Source: a virus
Virus record (IMG/VR): IMGVR_UViG_3300027365_000009
Location: 32,001-96,000 of that record
Reading direction: 5' to 3' (one strand)
Length of the DNA: 64,000 nt
Shown here: piece by piece, positions 47,934 through 61,300 of the stretch
Numbering within the stretch: position 1 is the first letter of the stretch
How the letters are laid out: every line of letters begins with the position of its first letter
The notes under the pieces: generated by a model
Told to the model about the DNA's origin: nothing
Database searches by the model: none
Seen by the model: the letters and a program-made list of their open reading frames with translations, nothing else
Program-made: the position numbers and the translations under genes

Positions 47934-49994
47934 CAACTATGTTCAGTTACACCGCTACGTGTAACCCGCGATCCGATTGCTGTGAGGCAACCGAACGCTG
48001 CTCTAGGTCTCCCTAGAAGTTCAGACCATATCTTCTTCCCTTTTAAGGAAGCCTCCCATTTCGGAATCGCTTGATTCCTACTCCCCTGCCGGGGATGGTC
48101 GTTGAACGTTCCCCGTAGGCGCTCTAGGAGCGCCCGTAGGGGCTTCGCTGCTAAAGGGGGTCTTAGACCCCACGGTTGTCCATTGCTGCTCTTGGAGAGC
48201 TTTATCCGTCCCGTTGTTAGACCGTCGACGTCTGCTTTCGCGACGCCTGTGGTGGGACAGCTTTAGGAGTTCCCAGCAATTAGAGAGGTTATCATTCTGA
48301 AATTTCTTTCAGAAGGGACCATGTCGAGTTCATTCCCAATCTTCTTTTGAAGACAGTTTACGAACCTGCGTACCTTTACTATGCACTTCCTTACAGCTCT
48401 GACGCAACCAACTGAACATGGTAGATTTACCCACCCCTATCGCCGTGGCTGCTTCAGTTATACTTCCATAACAGGACACCACTCCTGTAGTAACATCTCT
48501 AACTTCGACGGGTTCTTTATTATTAGGCGCTTCGAGAATTTCTTCTTCGGAAACGTCGCGCCATGGAGACGCATCACTCTTTTTCTTTATTAAAAACCGA
48601 CAATCCCATAACGGCTGTCCGGCAGCTGCAATACGTCGAGTCATTTGTGGTTTAGAAATACCAAGGGCGTGTGCGGCGTCTTTCTGCCTCTCGTATTCCT
48701 TTACTTCGCCACTTACAACGTCTTTAACAAGAACCTTATTGCTGCGACCATAGAGTTGAAGTTCTCGTTCGGGATCGTCTACTTTTCTCCACGGCGTTGG
48801 GTCGTTCTTAAATTTCATTAAAACACCAGGTGGTATGAGGGGCTGATTTTTTCTCTTTAGCCAATAAACCACCGTATTACCCGATACGCCAAATGCTTCA
48901 CCACACTTGTGCATACTCTCATAGGTGGTTATTTCGCCTGTATACACATTCTTAACATCGACCCGACGTTCCCACTTTTCAAAAAGAGGTTCTGTGGCTA
49001 AATCCACATCACGCCACGGGGTTAAATCCGATTTGAATTTAACTTGTATATTACCGACGAAGACGGGCTGGTTAGGGCGTTTAAGATAATCATTAATGAC
49101 CCAAATATCCACCCCTAACTCTTTAGCGCATTGAAGTTTTGAATTATATTCCCTTACGATATTTTCATCCAAATACCGCACCAGAACAGGTTGGGGGGCA
49201 TTAGTAGTATTCTCTCTAATTTTACCTCTATCGCGCGTTGTATTCCACGCATGGATATGATTTTCACTCACTGTTGTCCATTCGAGGTTATCCAACCCGT
49301 CGTTGCCTGGAATACCATCAATATGGTTAACGTGTAATTGTTTATAGTTATTGGGGTAATTCGAATACGCCAACATCATTGCGCGATGCCGACCTAGGTT
49401 TGTCCTTCGATTGTCACTATCGCGTTTTATTTGATAGATAACGTAACCACTATCCATGACTGAATAGGGTGCAACTTCCCCACTCAGTACATGTATCACC
49501 ACACCTTCCCGATTTATTGCATATTGGGTATAATCGGGAATATAAGCGTAGCCTGGCCGAAGGAATGGCTCAAGTCCATTCGGTATTTTAAAATGTAAAT
49601 TATTAGGGTGGTGATTGGTGAGATCACCATCGTCGAAGCCCACCTCAATGAGATGCCAGAATTCTACTGGTATCCATATTGAGTTAAAAGTGAATGCGAT
49701 AAGTCTCGCCACTTTATGGGGTTTGATGTTACCTAGCCAACTGACTTTAGTCCAACGCAAGCCATCTCGGTCAGGGTATGTGTTAATAACCCGTTCCTTC
49801 TTACCTGTGACTTCGCCAAGTCGACTAACAAACAATGTTGCGGTGCTGTAAGGTACTGGCAGTAAGGCATTATCGTCGTAAAACATAGGGCATCCGTTGG
49901 TTGACTGAGATATGCTCATAAAGTTACTTAGGTGAGTGAAAACACACCGAAACTAAATTTCATACTCGTCCAACGGATGGTAACTCAAACGTTA
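47934..49994 (-). mobile_element. Group I intron, 2061 nt, with homing endonuclease gene in L1
   Basis: Core (AATTGCTGGGAA, GTTCAACGACCA, AAGATATGGTC) lies 3' of the ORF; guide CATG-GTCC at 48323-48316 pairs with both exons. Confidence 0.9.
48330..49919 (-). CDS. Intron-encoded HNH homing endonuclease with NUMOD1-like repeats
   Basis: HR...HVNHIDGIPGNDGLDNLEW; four V.V.D..TG....Y.S...A.ALGV repeats; AT-richer than the flanks. Confidence 0.88.
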   Translation of the reverse strand: MSISQSTNGCPMFYDDNALLPVPYSTATLFVSRLGEVTGKKERVINTYPDRDGLRWTKVSWLGNIKPHKVARLIAFTFNSIWIPVEFWHLIEVGFDDGDLTNHHPNNLHFKIPNGLEPFLRPGYAYIPDYTQYAINREGVVIHVLSGEVAPYSVMDSGYVIYQIKRDSDNRRTNLGRHRAMMLAYSNYPNNYKQLHVNHIDGIPGNDGLDNLEWTTVSENHIHAWNTTRDRGKIRENTTNAPQPVLVRYLDENIVREYNSKLQCAKELGVDIWVINDYLKRPNQPVFVGNIQVKFKSDLTPWRDVDLATEPLFEKWERRVDVKNVYTGEITTYESMHKCGEAFGVSGNTVVYWLKRKNQPLIPPGVLMKFKNDPTPWRKVDDPERELQLYGRSNKVLVKDVVSGEVKEYERQKDAAHALGISKPQMTRRIAAAGQPLWDCRFLIKKKSDASPWRDVSEEEILEAPNNKEPVEVRDVTTGVVSCYGSITEAATAIGVGKSTMFSWLRQSCKEVHSKGTQVRKLSSKEDWE

Positions 49995-52900
49995 ATCCGC
50001 ACAGGGTGCCGCTAAGGTACTGGAAGAGAGCAGTTTGGTGGGCCCATCTTCCTTTGGATCAAACCGCCGTGTTTGCCCCCGGAGGTTGGTGAAGTTGGCA
50101 TCCGGTGAGAGATACGCCACCACCCCCACGTCTCCCGAATCAACGGTGGACTCACTGACGACCCCCAGATCCGACTTGTGGTATTTCCGGGTACGTTCCA
50201 CCATCGATTTGCCACCACGACCACCATCACCTCGGTAAGACATGACCTCCTGCTCACGCATATTGGCAAAGGGGTTGGTGTCCTCTACTAGCGAGACCGA
50301 TGGATCTTGCACGATCTTCTGCCAGACAGCATGTGGGTTGAGTTCAACCGCATGATCGCCCATTCCGGCTTTGGCATTAAATGTTTTCGCCGCCCGTGCA
50401 AGTTCACCATACACCATTCCAGCGAAGCGCTCATAGCCGCGATAGCGCATGTACGCACCGTCTACTTCTTCCGGTGAGAAGTCCGTTTGTAGGAGTTCCA
50501 CACCACGTAGGAGCAAGGGACCAAATTCGGTGGGCTCGCCCATCTCTTCCAATAGACCACGGGTGATGGGATCGACCCAGGCTTGGAACAGGGCATCGAT
50601 TTCACGAAGATACCGTACGCCAAGCCCCGCGTCCTCTAGAATGCGATAATAGACGTCTTGACGGTCAAAGTCCCACACGCTGAATTGTTTCAAGGACTGA
50701 TGATACCGATTGAAGCCCGCCATCACCATCATGGCTTTCTTGTCCAGTCGTGAGAACACCAGCGTCTCGTCCTGGAAAACGATACGGTATTCATCTGACG
50801 TATACGGGATATGCTCGCCACGTTTAAAGCGGCTCACCGATGCCCCTACCATCTTAATGAGTTCCGCCAGGCCGAACCGGTAGGCCAACACCACCCCGAC
50901 TGGCAAACTTTTGTTTGCCACGGTCATATCCACCACTTCTAGCGGGGCTTTTCCCAAATCCAATCCCAAGACATCATGAATCGTGCCTGCAACCTCAGTA
51001 CCTTCCTCTGTCACGACGTAAAACACATCGTTATGGTCCACTAAAAGGGGCACATTCCGGTAACGTCCCACGACCACCAGGTCATCGGTCTCGTGGTCAC
51101 TGACGTCAAACCCGGCGGTCTCTTTGAAATGCTTCTCTCGGGAATGATAATCCAAGTAGAAATGGTAATCCCCACTTTTAAATGCACTCATTCGACTGGC
51201 GAGGATCGAATACACTCGGGGGAGGTCCAGGCTTTTATCGAACACATTGGATAGTCTGACATCCCCAATATGATCGTTATCCTGGTCCAGTCCCTGTTCG
51301 GTGATCTGCGCCGTCAACCACTTCGCGTAATTATTGGTCACGCGTTCACTGCGATCCAAGAACGTCTTGTTATAGTACGACGTTAACGCCACACGGTGGG
51401 GATGAACCTTCCGTAAAGGAACGTCAACCCGTTGAAGTCTTAGTCGATTTGACACCCCGTTAGAGATGAACCGTCCATCGTCATCCACCACAGGCAGGCG
51501 AAAACGAACCGTTGACTGACGTCCTCTCACGGGCTTCAGCGTCACCGTATGGACTTCGTAGTGGTTCATGGTGTCTTGAACGGTTTCGACACTATAATCT
51601 TTAACGGCAATCCCCTGTTGCTGAATCGCCAAAACGGATGACACCACATCCTTGTGCATGACATTACGCAGATACTGTTGGTTCATTACCTTCAGTTTGG
51701 AATGTAGCATGGACTTATCGGGGATGGTGTCTCGATCGGGGAACGCCGGAATGTCCGGTAGGGCGAGATCCTCCTGAGATACCTCCAGAAGCGTTTCTAG
51801 GGACTGCCCTGACCCGTAGGGGTCTTTGAGCTTCTTGTACGTCTCAGCGTCCTGTATGGCCCTCTGATAGGCTTTCCCTGACATCAGCCCGATATCGTGC
51901 AATTCCCACGCTTTCTTGGCGATCGGCTGGGTCAGGCGTTCTTCCGTTCCTACCGGCTCAACCTCAATGGGATCGTCCTGGTCAGCAACGTTGGGGAGAC
52001 TAACCTCACTGTTATCGGGACCGTCGGATTCGCGTCCATCAAACGCCGGTTGGGGAACCAACGGATCACTGACCGGTTCGGGCAGTACCAGGTCGTCATC
52101 AAGCCCGTTAAGAAGACTTAAACCGAACGACTCGTCGGGAGTCGATGCCTGGGCCGTTGATGTCTCGGTATCATCCGTTTGGGATGCTGGGGTATCTGAC
52201 GATGGAGTCGATGATGTGGTAGGCGCTGCCTTGGTCTGGGCGGGGCCTTCGTTTCGATCGAGTTGGGTGACACCACCGACCAGGTCGCGTAGTCCATGGA
52301 GTAGACGGAGGAAATACCTCTGTAATGTACTTGCGCTAAGGCCAGAGTCCTGGTCATCATCTTTCTCCTTCCGCCACTCGTTGAGTTTCCCCAAATTAAT
52401 GACAAAGAAGTAGCCCTTTACCTTAATCAGGTAATTGACATGGTCGATGGCGTCGTCAGACAGGACACTTAACGATGACAACTCCCGATCATCCGAAAGC
52501 CACAACCACAGGTCCAGAATGTTGAGTTCGGCAGGCCCTGAAAAAGCCGCCAGTGACTTCTGGGTGATGGTCCGTTCAATCCGTTTGAAGTCCTCAAACG
52601 TCGGAATGCGATCCGGGAGATGGAGGTCCACAAACTGGTGACGTTTAAACCGCCGATGGGTGGCTTCCACGTTATCCCAGAAGGTCCGAGCCACGTTCTT
52701 CCACCGGAAGTATTCCGCCTTATAGGAAGGGATATACCGATAGAGGTGAGAGAGCAGTGCGTAATTCACCACCAGCAGGTTCTTGGGGTTAATGGTGAGG
52801 GCCTGGTCTTTCCGCAGTGGCTTGAACAGACGGTTCTTACGCCGGTATTCGTTCTCCATCATCCGGGCATTGAACACGGTCCTACGTGGACCACCTTCGA

Positions 52901-53135
52901 GATGCCGTAACTCATGGAGGTGTTCGATGAAAATCCGACCTCCTACGTCAGAAAAGATCGGGTCTTGAGGGTTGGGACCATAGCTCACCGTGTCGTCCGG
53001 CCAGAAATGGTACACGCTTTCCAGCGGGAAGGTGAGTTGGTTAATTGGCGTCAGGTGGGGCTTCATCAGTTGGTTACGGTGACGTACCCCAACCTGACGA
53101 TAATACTGTGGATATTTTAACCGCATGGGACTCAT
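49995..53135 (-). CDS. Virion RNAP beta subunit, exon 1 (spliced product about 1432 aa)
   Basis: RYRGYERFAG, GDGGRGG, SESTVDSGDVG; in-frame join APCAD|HDDAKR. Confidence 0.9.
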
Positions 53136-53146
53136 CCCTATTGATG

Positions 53147-53333
53147 TTAGGCAAATGTCTCGACGGGATCGCCGGTCATGAAGCGCAAGGCAAGTTTGAT
53201 GGTGTGGATATCCACACTGAAAGCTAGCCCACCACCTGCGTCGAGGTACGCCTTACGTGTGTTAAAATGTTTTTCCGCTTCTTCATTAGCTTCTTTCGAA
53301 TAAGTCGCCAAATAGGAAATGGTATCGCCGTCA
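53147..53333 (-). CDS. Virion RNAP beta-prime subunit (gp180-like), exon 2
   Basis: Supplies (T)GAC GGC GAT, completing DFDGD; open to TAA at 53147. Confidence 0.88.
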
Positions 53334-53783
53334 CGTTATGTCCACTTGAGGCGCTACCCTCAAGCCGGTGTGCTAAGACACCCGCCCACCGTCACCGGTG
53401 GGGCCAGACCATATCTCCACCCGCCGACGATGACGTCGGGTAGGGTGCCTCCCGTTTCCCCGCCGCTTGGCAGGTACTCTACTCGCTTCTCCCCGTGGGG
53501 TGCTTTCGATGGTCGTTGAACTCATCCCTTAGTGTATCAGCACCTTAGAGACTTCGCTGCGTCGGTTGTGTCTACCATTGACGTTTTTACCATGCCCACC
53601 ACTTCCATTACTGGGGTGGGTATTACACTCAGTTTCCTGGTGTAAGTGGTAGTCAATGACGTAACGACAGTTTCCCGCAATTAGAGAGGTTTTACTAAAG
53701 GTGCTTTCACACCTTGGGACTCTGATCAAATAGCATATTTTTCAATGTCATTTAGATGAGAAAAAATCTACACTATTTTACTA
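53334..53783 (-). mobile_element. Group I intron, 450 nt, no ORF, inside the DFDGD motif
   Basis: P AATTGCGGGAAA, R GTTCAACGACCA, S GAGATATGGTC; guide TCA-GAGTCC pairs with exon GGACTT and TGA; terminal G. Confidence 0.9.
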
Positions 53784-55243
53784 AAGTCCCCACCCAATTG
53801 CCCGAGCGTAATGGGACTGACTGACAATGAATCATGGTATTGAGGATCACCACCAAGCCTTGGGTATTCCAACGCCAAGGGAAGCGAATTATCTCGTTCA
53901 AACTCATGATTCAATGGGTAGCGAAGTTCACCCACCACGGTGGTCTTTACGTAGCTTTTTACCGGAATCGAAGAATACATGCCTGTCACGGGATAGCGTG
54001 TAATAAACGCATGGTTTTTGTACCACATCGAAAGGCCAGTGAGGTATATCAGTTCCACGTACGTGATGGGCCTCACCCACTGGGTGTCCCACCCCTCAGG
54101 GACTTCGTCGATACTCCGGAGGATACGATAGTTCTGTTCATCGTCTACATACACCAGCGCCAGGTAATGGCCTGCCACTTCCACATAACGGTGACGCTTG
54201 TCCACGACTTCTAAGTCGTTGATGACTTTCTCCAACCCTTCGTCTGTACTCCAACGATCCATGTCTTCGTTAGAGACCTCCACCCACACCCGCTGATAGG
54301 TCTTCGGGTCCACCAGCTCGACATTATTCGAGGTACTGGCAAAAATCTCTCCCACCAGGGAGGTTTTCAGGTGATAGATCGTCTTGGGAAGTACTGCCTT
54401 GGCAGCCTGATAGAGACCGACTTGGCAGTCGTTAAACCGTGGTCGATTCGGAGCGTCAAGATCGGGCACCGACGTGTCCATGGAGGAGATCACATTTCGG
54501 GTACCATTAAATACCCGTCGTGACGCCCAACGCCCCTGAATAAAACCTTTCTTACCAGAAATCAGATTTTCAATGTATTCATAGATCGCCTGTAGACGTA
54601 GAGTCAATACGAAACGCGTTCGATCGTACAGAGGGAGATCGCTTTTACCAATCTGGTCTGGAAGGTTACGGACGAGCATAAGCACGTTTTGGTACAGCTC
54701 ATTGATCTCATCCATGCTGACGCGGTTATCGCTGTCGATATCAGCGTCCCGGAGTCCCGCCGGCATTACCAACAAGTGTTTCAGGGTGGCCTGTTGACGA
54801 TACCGATTGATCAGCTCGACACGCATGTCCCGACTGGACGAACCTGTTTTCTTAGGGGACAGCTCCTCCCAGTGTGTCATGAAGAAAGCATACCCCGTCG
54901 CGCCATCCAGTTCAGTGGCGGCTTCAAAATCTTTTTCTTCGGGATTCCATTTGGCGTATTCTTGTCCTGAGAGAATTCCTTTATAAAGACTTTTGAGTTT
55001 GATCAGTCGAGAGTACATGACGGGATGCAGGACAGCAATCTTTAGTGGGATGTACCCAAAGCGACGATCCCGGTCGGGGTCACCCACCCGACCAAACGTG
55101 ACGGTGGAGAAGAGCCCATCATCATGGAAATTTCCACCCGGACCATCAAAGATGTCCAAACTGGTAATCGGACGAAGGCGTTGTAGCTGTTGTGGGGTGG
55201 GTGAGAGTAGGGATAAATTAAAAGGTACACTAACTGATTTCAT
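53784..55243 (-). CDS. Virion RNAP beta-prime subunit, exon 1 (spliced product 548 aa)
   Basis: DGLFS..FG, GKKGFIQGRWASRRVFNGTRNVI, RYP, LGGDF. Confidence 0.92.
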
Positions 55244-55337
55244 AGTCTATCCTGTATAAAAGAATCGTCACAGTATTAGGTAGAAGCGTGAAAGCGCTAG
55301 ACGATATGACAGACTTCCTAGCGCCGGAGGATATTCC

Positions 55338-58300
55338 ATGGCGGATAAAAGAAAAGACCTCGAAGAAGAGAACCTGGATTTACGGATTCTTGACCTCGAT
55401 GCGTTAGACGATGAATTTGATTTTGATCCCCCGAAAGACGATAAACCCGTTAAACGGTTTGCGGTCAATTTTAAGCGGGGGTTTTTACAGCAGACCAAAT
55501 CAAAAGTCCTGCTGCGCAATTTCTTACGCAGTTCTCTACCGGATGGTTATTCCCGACTCTGGGCTGCGGGTGAGAGTGCGTTCTCTAGCGGTAAGTCCAC
55601 GGCAGACGACGTCTTCCGGGAAACCGCGCCTGAGCTGGACAGCATTGCCCAAAAGATGGAAGAGGTCTTGCCGAATATTGAAGGCAGGACACCAAAGCGT
55701 CTTTATGGGCGTATTGAAAAGGGAGTAGGACGTTTCCGTCGGGCGACTCAGGATCAACAAGACTCAGGATTCTCGCGTCGCACCCAGGCGGATGACGATA
55801 ACAGCGAACTTGCCGACGCACTGGATGCGCTTAATGAAACATCGCGTGCTGAAGGTGAACAGGCGTCATTAGAAGCTGAAGAAAGACGCGTCCGCGATAA
55901 GCTGGACGCGGGGCGCTTTGACGTTCTGACGCGCCAGATGGACCGCATCGGGACGGGCGTTGAGCATCAGGTTTCATACCAAGACCAGATTCAGTACAAG
56001 TTCCAACGCAAGTCCTTAGAACTTCAATACCGTTCTTATTTCGCACTGCGCGACCTGCGTAAGTTTGCAGAAGTCGCCCAAGACACGCATGAGACGGCTT
56101 ACAACGCCCTGGTTCACAACAGTGCGTTACCTGATCACCTCAAAATGACGAAAAGTCAGCGGGTGAGGTTTGGAACTCAGGACAGCCTCGTCGGTGCCTT
56201 GGGTACCCAGATGGCGGCCTCATTGCCTGGGTTCTTGGCTTCCTACTACCCCACCATTATGGAGAATATCCGTAAGAGTGCGGTGCAGGGCATTCAAGCT
56301 GCGGGCGGTATGCTCTCTACCACTGACATGATGAGTGGGATGGGCGGCGACAGCGCCAGCACCGCCGGTCAGGTCGCCGGAGATGTCGCTGGGGGCTTTT
56401 TCCGCAATACCCTGGTGTCACGGGCTGCCATGATGGCCAAGCCTGGTATGGAGCGTTTAGGGGACAAGCTGGGTGGTGGGCATCACGTAGTGTCCTATTT
56501 CCTGAATAACCTCCCCGCATTACTGCAGGAGTACACTCAGGATCACTCCCACTCCACCGGGTTCCGTGGCGTTATCCAACGGATGGTGCGTGCTATTGTC
56601 CCGTCCTATTACCAGGACGATACTTTAGAGGACGGTTCCTTTCAGACCATTGATCGACAAGCGGCCTTTAACCAGCTGACACAACGTTCCATCGTTGAGG
56701 TCATCCCCGGATACCTGTCGCGCCTCCTGCAAGAAACCCGGATGATTCGCACCGGAAGTGACGACGTCGAACGTGAAGTGTGGGATGTCACCACTGGTCA
56801 GTTCACTGGTTATAAAGCGGCGAGAAAAGCCCTTCAGGGTCGTGTCATTAATGAGGCCCAGCGCCGCAACATTGATGCCACCCTTAATCAAACCGTCGAG
56901 AACTTTGATCCGGATGGCTACCTGTCCGACACGGCACGTGCTGTCCTGAAAGAACGGATGATGCGGGAAGCCTCCCGTAATGACCGTTTTGATCCCAACA
57001 CCTATGCGTCGGGTGAAGGTTATGGGGAGGAGGTCGATGACGCCACCCTGAAGGAACTGACGTCGTTCTTTAAGGCCCAGTTCGATTTTGACGACCAAGG
57101 CAGTATGGTAGAGGACGCCGAAAACCGTCGGCGCCGTAATGCCTTTTCGGACGCCTTCCTGGAAGTACGTAATACCATCCCCGACCCACGCGCAGAGATT
57201 CAGCGGATTTCAGGGGTGGGGATGCAAGAGATCCTCCACGACCTGGGACTGATGACCAGTGATTACGGTCGTAACCGGGTGAACTACGATCGTGTGTGGG
57301 ATCTGTATCGTGGCGATGGTCCTTCAACGCCCAACCGTAGCGGTCCGCGTCCTGAGGGACCGATCCCCCGTACCCAAATCAAGACCGGGTATGACGAGAA
57401 CGTTACCTTTAAAGAGTCTGTCCAACGGGCTAAAGAGGCGGCCAAGGAGAATCTGCGGTTCAAACGCCTGAAAATTGAACTGCCTAAGTTCGATGACGCG
57501 CTTATCAAGCGTCTACCTGAATTGGATGGGAAAACCCTCGCCAAAGTGGTGGAGTGGCGGCCTGAGCTGCTCGATGCATTAAAACGTATCGATGGGGATA
57601 TTGAACTCCGCCTTGCTCCCCATATTGAGAAATTACGCCAACGGGGCAAACCGAAGAAACTGGATCGTGAGACCGCTGAAGCCCTGTGGACACTCGTATC
57701 AGAAAAATCCCGGCATGAGTGGGATGATGTAAAAGCTAAGGCCAAAAAGCACTACGATCAAGCGGAAGAGGCCACACGGGATTGGCGGATTAATACCGCA
57801 AGCGATGTCCACGAAACCGTAGAGAAAGCCAAGAAAACCTGGGAAGGTGTTGACAAAGACCCTGAGTCTTGGAAAGAGAAGGCGGCCAAGAAAACTCAAG
57901 AAGAGAAACAGCGACTTAAGGAGACTTGGGAAAAGACCCGTACTGCAACTGAGGAGCAAACCGAGCAGCTCAAAGAGCAAGTTCGGGAACACACCGATCC
58001 GATGGTTGAGCAAACGCGTGAGAATGCGAATCGCTGGCGCGAAGAAGCCAGTCGTCGTTCGGAAAATATCCGTGAACAGTTCGCCCAACGGGTACGGGAT
58101 CCACTCCATACACCCAGCGATGAAACGACCCCCGGTTATGGTCAAACCGAATACGATCAATACGTCGATGGTATTCAGCGTATAGCAGAGCGGCAAGCGG
58201 AGACGTCCGATAACATCTTTACCCTGCTACGTGAAGAAATGCAGCGTGGCTTCAAGGTAAGGGAGCTTCCGGAACTAACGTTTGCCGATCAGGATGGTAA

Positions 58301-61300
58301 CGCCACCAAAGCGAAAGGTAAGGCCAAACCTGAGAAGAAATGGTCATCCATCCTGAAACGGGGAGCTGATGGTATTGCGGGGTACTATAAGAACCTATTC
58401 CCGGGCATCGGTAAGGGGATGGGTGGTCTCGTTTCAGGTATGGGACGTGGTACGGGTGCTGTGTTCAGTGGAATGGGACGTGCTGTCGGCCGCATGATTG
58501 GCGGTAAAGAGGACGAGGTATTGCCTGATATCTACGTCAAGGCCCGTCCTGACACGCCTGTTCTGCTAGCACGTGACATTAAAACCGGGCGTTATATTGA
58601 CGCCAACACCAACACCGTTATCAAAAGTATTGATGACATCACCGGTGGGGTGTGGGATACCGTTGAAGAACGCATCGCCATCACCCATACTGAGTTTGAA
58701 GAGGGCCTTTTCACACGAGGAGGCGAGAAAATTAAAACTACTCGGGGCCCTGGGATTTTGGGTACCTTGGGGAGTTTTTATAACAACGCTTACCTCAAGC
58801 CCACCCTCTTTGCGGCAAAACAGCTCCCCAATTTAGGGAATGTGGCCAAAGACATGATCTTCTCCGAACGGGATGCGTATATTCCCGGGGAGAAAGAACC
58901 TCGGATTCGGGCGAACCTACTGAAAAAGGGGATTTATTTCGACCAAGCCACAGGTGATCCCATCACCCGCTATAAGGACATTTCGGGCACCGTGGTGGAT
59001 GCCAACAACAACGTCGTTGTCAATGCTGCCGAAATCCCTCACCTGGTTGGTTATGACGGACGTCCTCTTGAGACAGCCGGTACTAAGCTAGGTGGGGTAG
59101 CCAAAGCCATCGGTGGGGCGTATGTGGGGGCCCTTAAAGCAGGATGGCACGCTACGAAATCGGTAGCGAAAGGTGCTTTTGATCTAGGCAAAGCGGTTTC
59201 GGATCGTGTGATTGGCATGATTCGTGGCAAGCGAGGGAAGCGTGATGAAGAATCCATGTCCCGTGAAGGTCAGATAATCTCCATTCTGGGGGGTATTTAC
59301 GACCTGCTCGATCAGCGTCTTCCTCAGAACCAAAACTTCCGTAAAGGGTCATGGCAGGAAGAACTTGCCAAACGAGCTGAAGAACGGGAAGAGGAGAAAG
59401 ACTTCAAGGAAGAACAAGAGTGGCGAGAAGAAGGTATCTTCGGAAGAATTGGTCGTCGTCTAGGTGGTCTACTGGGAATGTACCAGGACCGTCAGGATAC
59501 CCTCGATGAGATCGCCGAAAACACCGAAGACATGGACGATGGTGGGACTGACATACTCGCGACAGGTGGCGGAGACGGTCCTGATGGCCGACGGCGTCCT
59601 GGTCGCACCCGACGTACCCCTAAGAAGCCTGCACCAAAAGGGTTTTGGCGTAAAGCCGCTCATTACGGCGGTAAAGGTTTCCGTAGTGTGGGTCGCGGTG
59701 CAGCGTCACTTGGACGCGGTGCCCTGAACCTGATGGGTATGGGAGGTCTCGCCAATCCGATCGGTCGTGCCGCCGGTGGTCTCGGTAAGGGTATGGCCTG
59801 GGCCGGTAAGGGTCTGTTCGGTGTTGGGGGCATGCTTGTCCGCGGTGGAGCAATGGCCGCCACGGGCTTGGTCAGTATGTTGGGCGCCCCCGTGGTGCTC
59901 GCCGGTACTGCTGTCGCCGGTGCTGCGGCTGGCGGTTTTTGGTTGTGGAACCGCCACAAGAAGACGGCCGGTAAGTTCCGGCAGTTGCGTCTCGCTCAGT
60001 ATGGTTTCCCCGAAGATGGTGGGTTACAGCGCCGGGTGGTTGCCCTGGAAAACCGCCTGGATGAGGTCACCCAACGCAATGAAGGTTCTGAGCCCACGCT
60101 GAACTTACCGGAAATCGACCCATTAGAGTTAATTGAAATAATGGGCATTTCAGAGGACGATGAACCCGCCCTTCTCGCCTTGGGGGATTGGTTTGCCAAC
60201 CGGATGCTTCCCGTTTATCGCAAGTACCAGCAAGTGATGATGACCCACTTCCCCGATACCCCCTTGGGGGAATTGGATGACGTGGTGGATCATGATACCG
60301 CAGGTGATATTCTGCGCATGGTCTCATTTAGCGACGGTGGGAGTAGTCCTTACCAAGTGCGTGCTAATCCCTTCGATCCCGAGACCCCACTGCCGGATGT
60401 CACATCCATTATTGAAGAACGTAAGGAGGCAATTCGTAAGGAGTATGATACCCCGGAAGCGGTACGTGACGCTTCCCGTGCAACCACCGCAGGGGCGGGA
60501 AGTACCGCGGCAATCATGACGTCAGTTAATCATGCCGTCGTACAAGCCCGTGAACGTGAGCGACGCAATAGACAGGCTGAACAGCAAGGAGGGCGTCAGG
60601 TATTTGGTAACGTGGGAGCTACTGCTGCGTTAGCGGTTGCGGGCGCTACTAACGTTACTGAACTGGCGAGTCGCCGCGCGGCGATCCCCGAGTACCGTCG
60701 CATGACCGGTAGTAACCTCACGGCCCTTCAAGCCATGCGGGTGCGGGGGTATGGCCTAGTTGACCTTAACCGGTCAAAGGTCATTGCGCTACTGACCCTT
60801 GAGGATACGGTAGTCCCTTACTTAACGTTCAGTGGGGATGGGACAGTTGCCTTTGAGGGGAGTATCAATGATGTTTTCCGTGAGGTTGCGCCCCTCTTTG
60901 GTCTATCGTTGTACGGGTCATCCACAGGGGACGAAACACGAACCGACAAGGAAAAGTTCCGTTTGTGGTTTAGGAGTCGCTTTTTGAGTGTCTTCCTCAC
61001 CTACGTCAGTGCAATCCGGCAGATTGACGAAAACGTCGGTATCCCGAACGCGGAGCGTCGATTGGATGACATTGGTAAACTGGACGTCGGAAAGAGCCTG
61101 TACTCCGCCACCTGGGAATCGCGGGAGTCGGGTACCATGTCGGTTTGGGAAGTTCCATGGTTGATCTTTGATCAGCCCGCGGCCTTCTCTGCCAAGGAAT
61201 TGGCGAAGATGGAGTTGATGGTATTGGAACAGGCAGTGAGTGGCGAAACCGTAGGGACAGCCGCACAAAGTGCAGAGCAGGCACGTCAACAGGCCCAAGG

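Noticed and set aside
46992-53783. Frameshifted RNAP pseudogenes or inteins
   Set aside because: The interruptions contain stop codons and complete group I cores, and their removal restores the frame exactly
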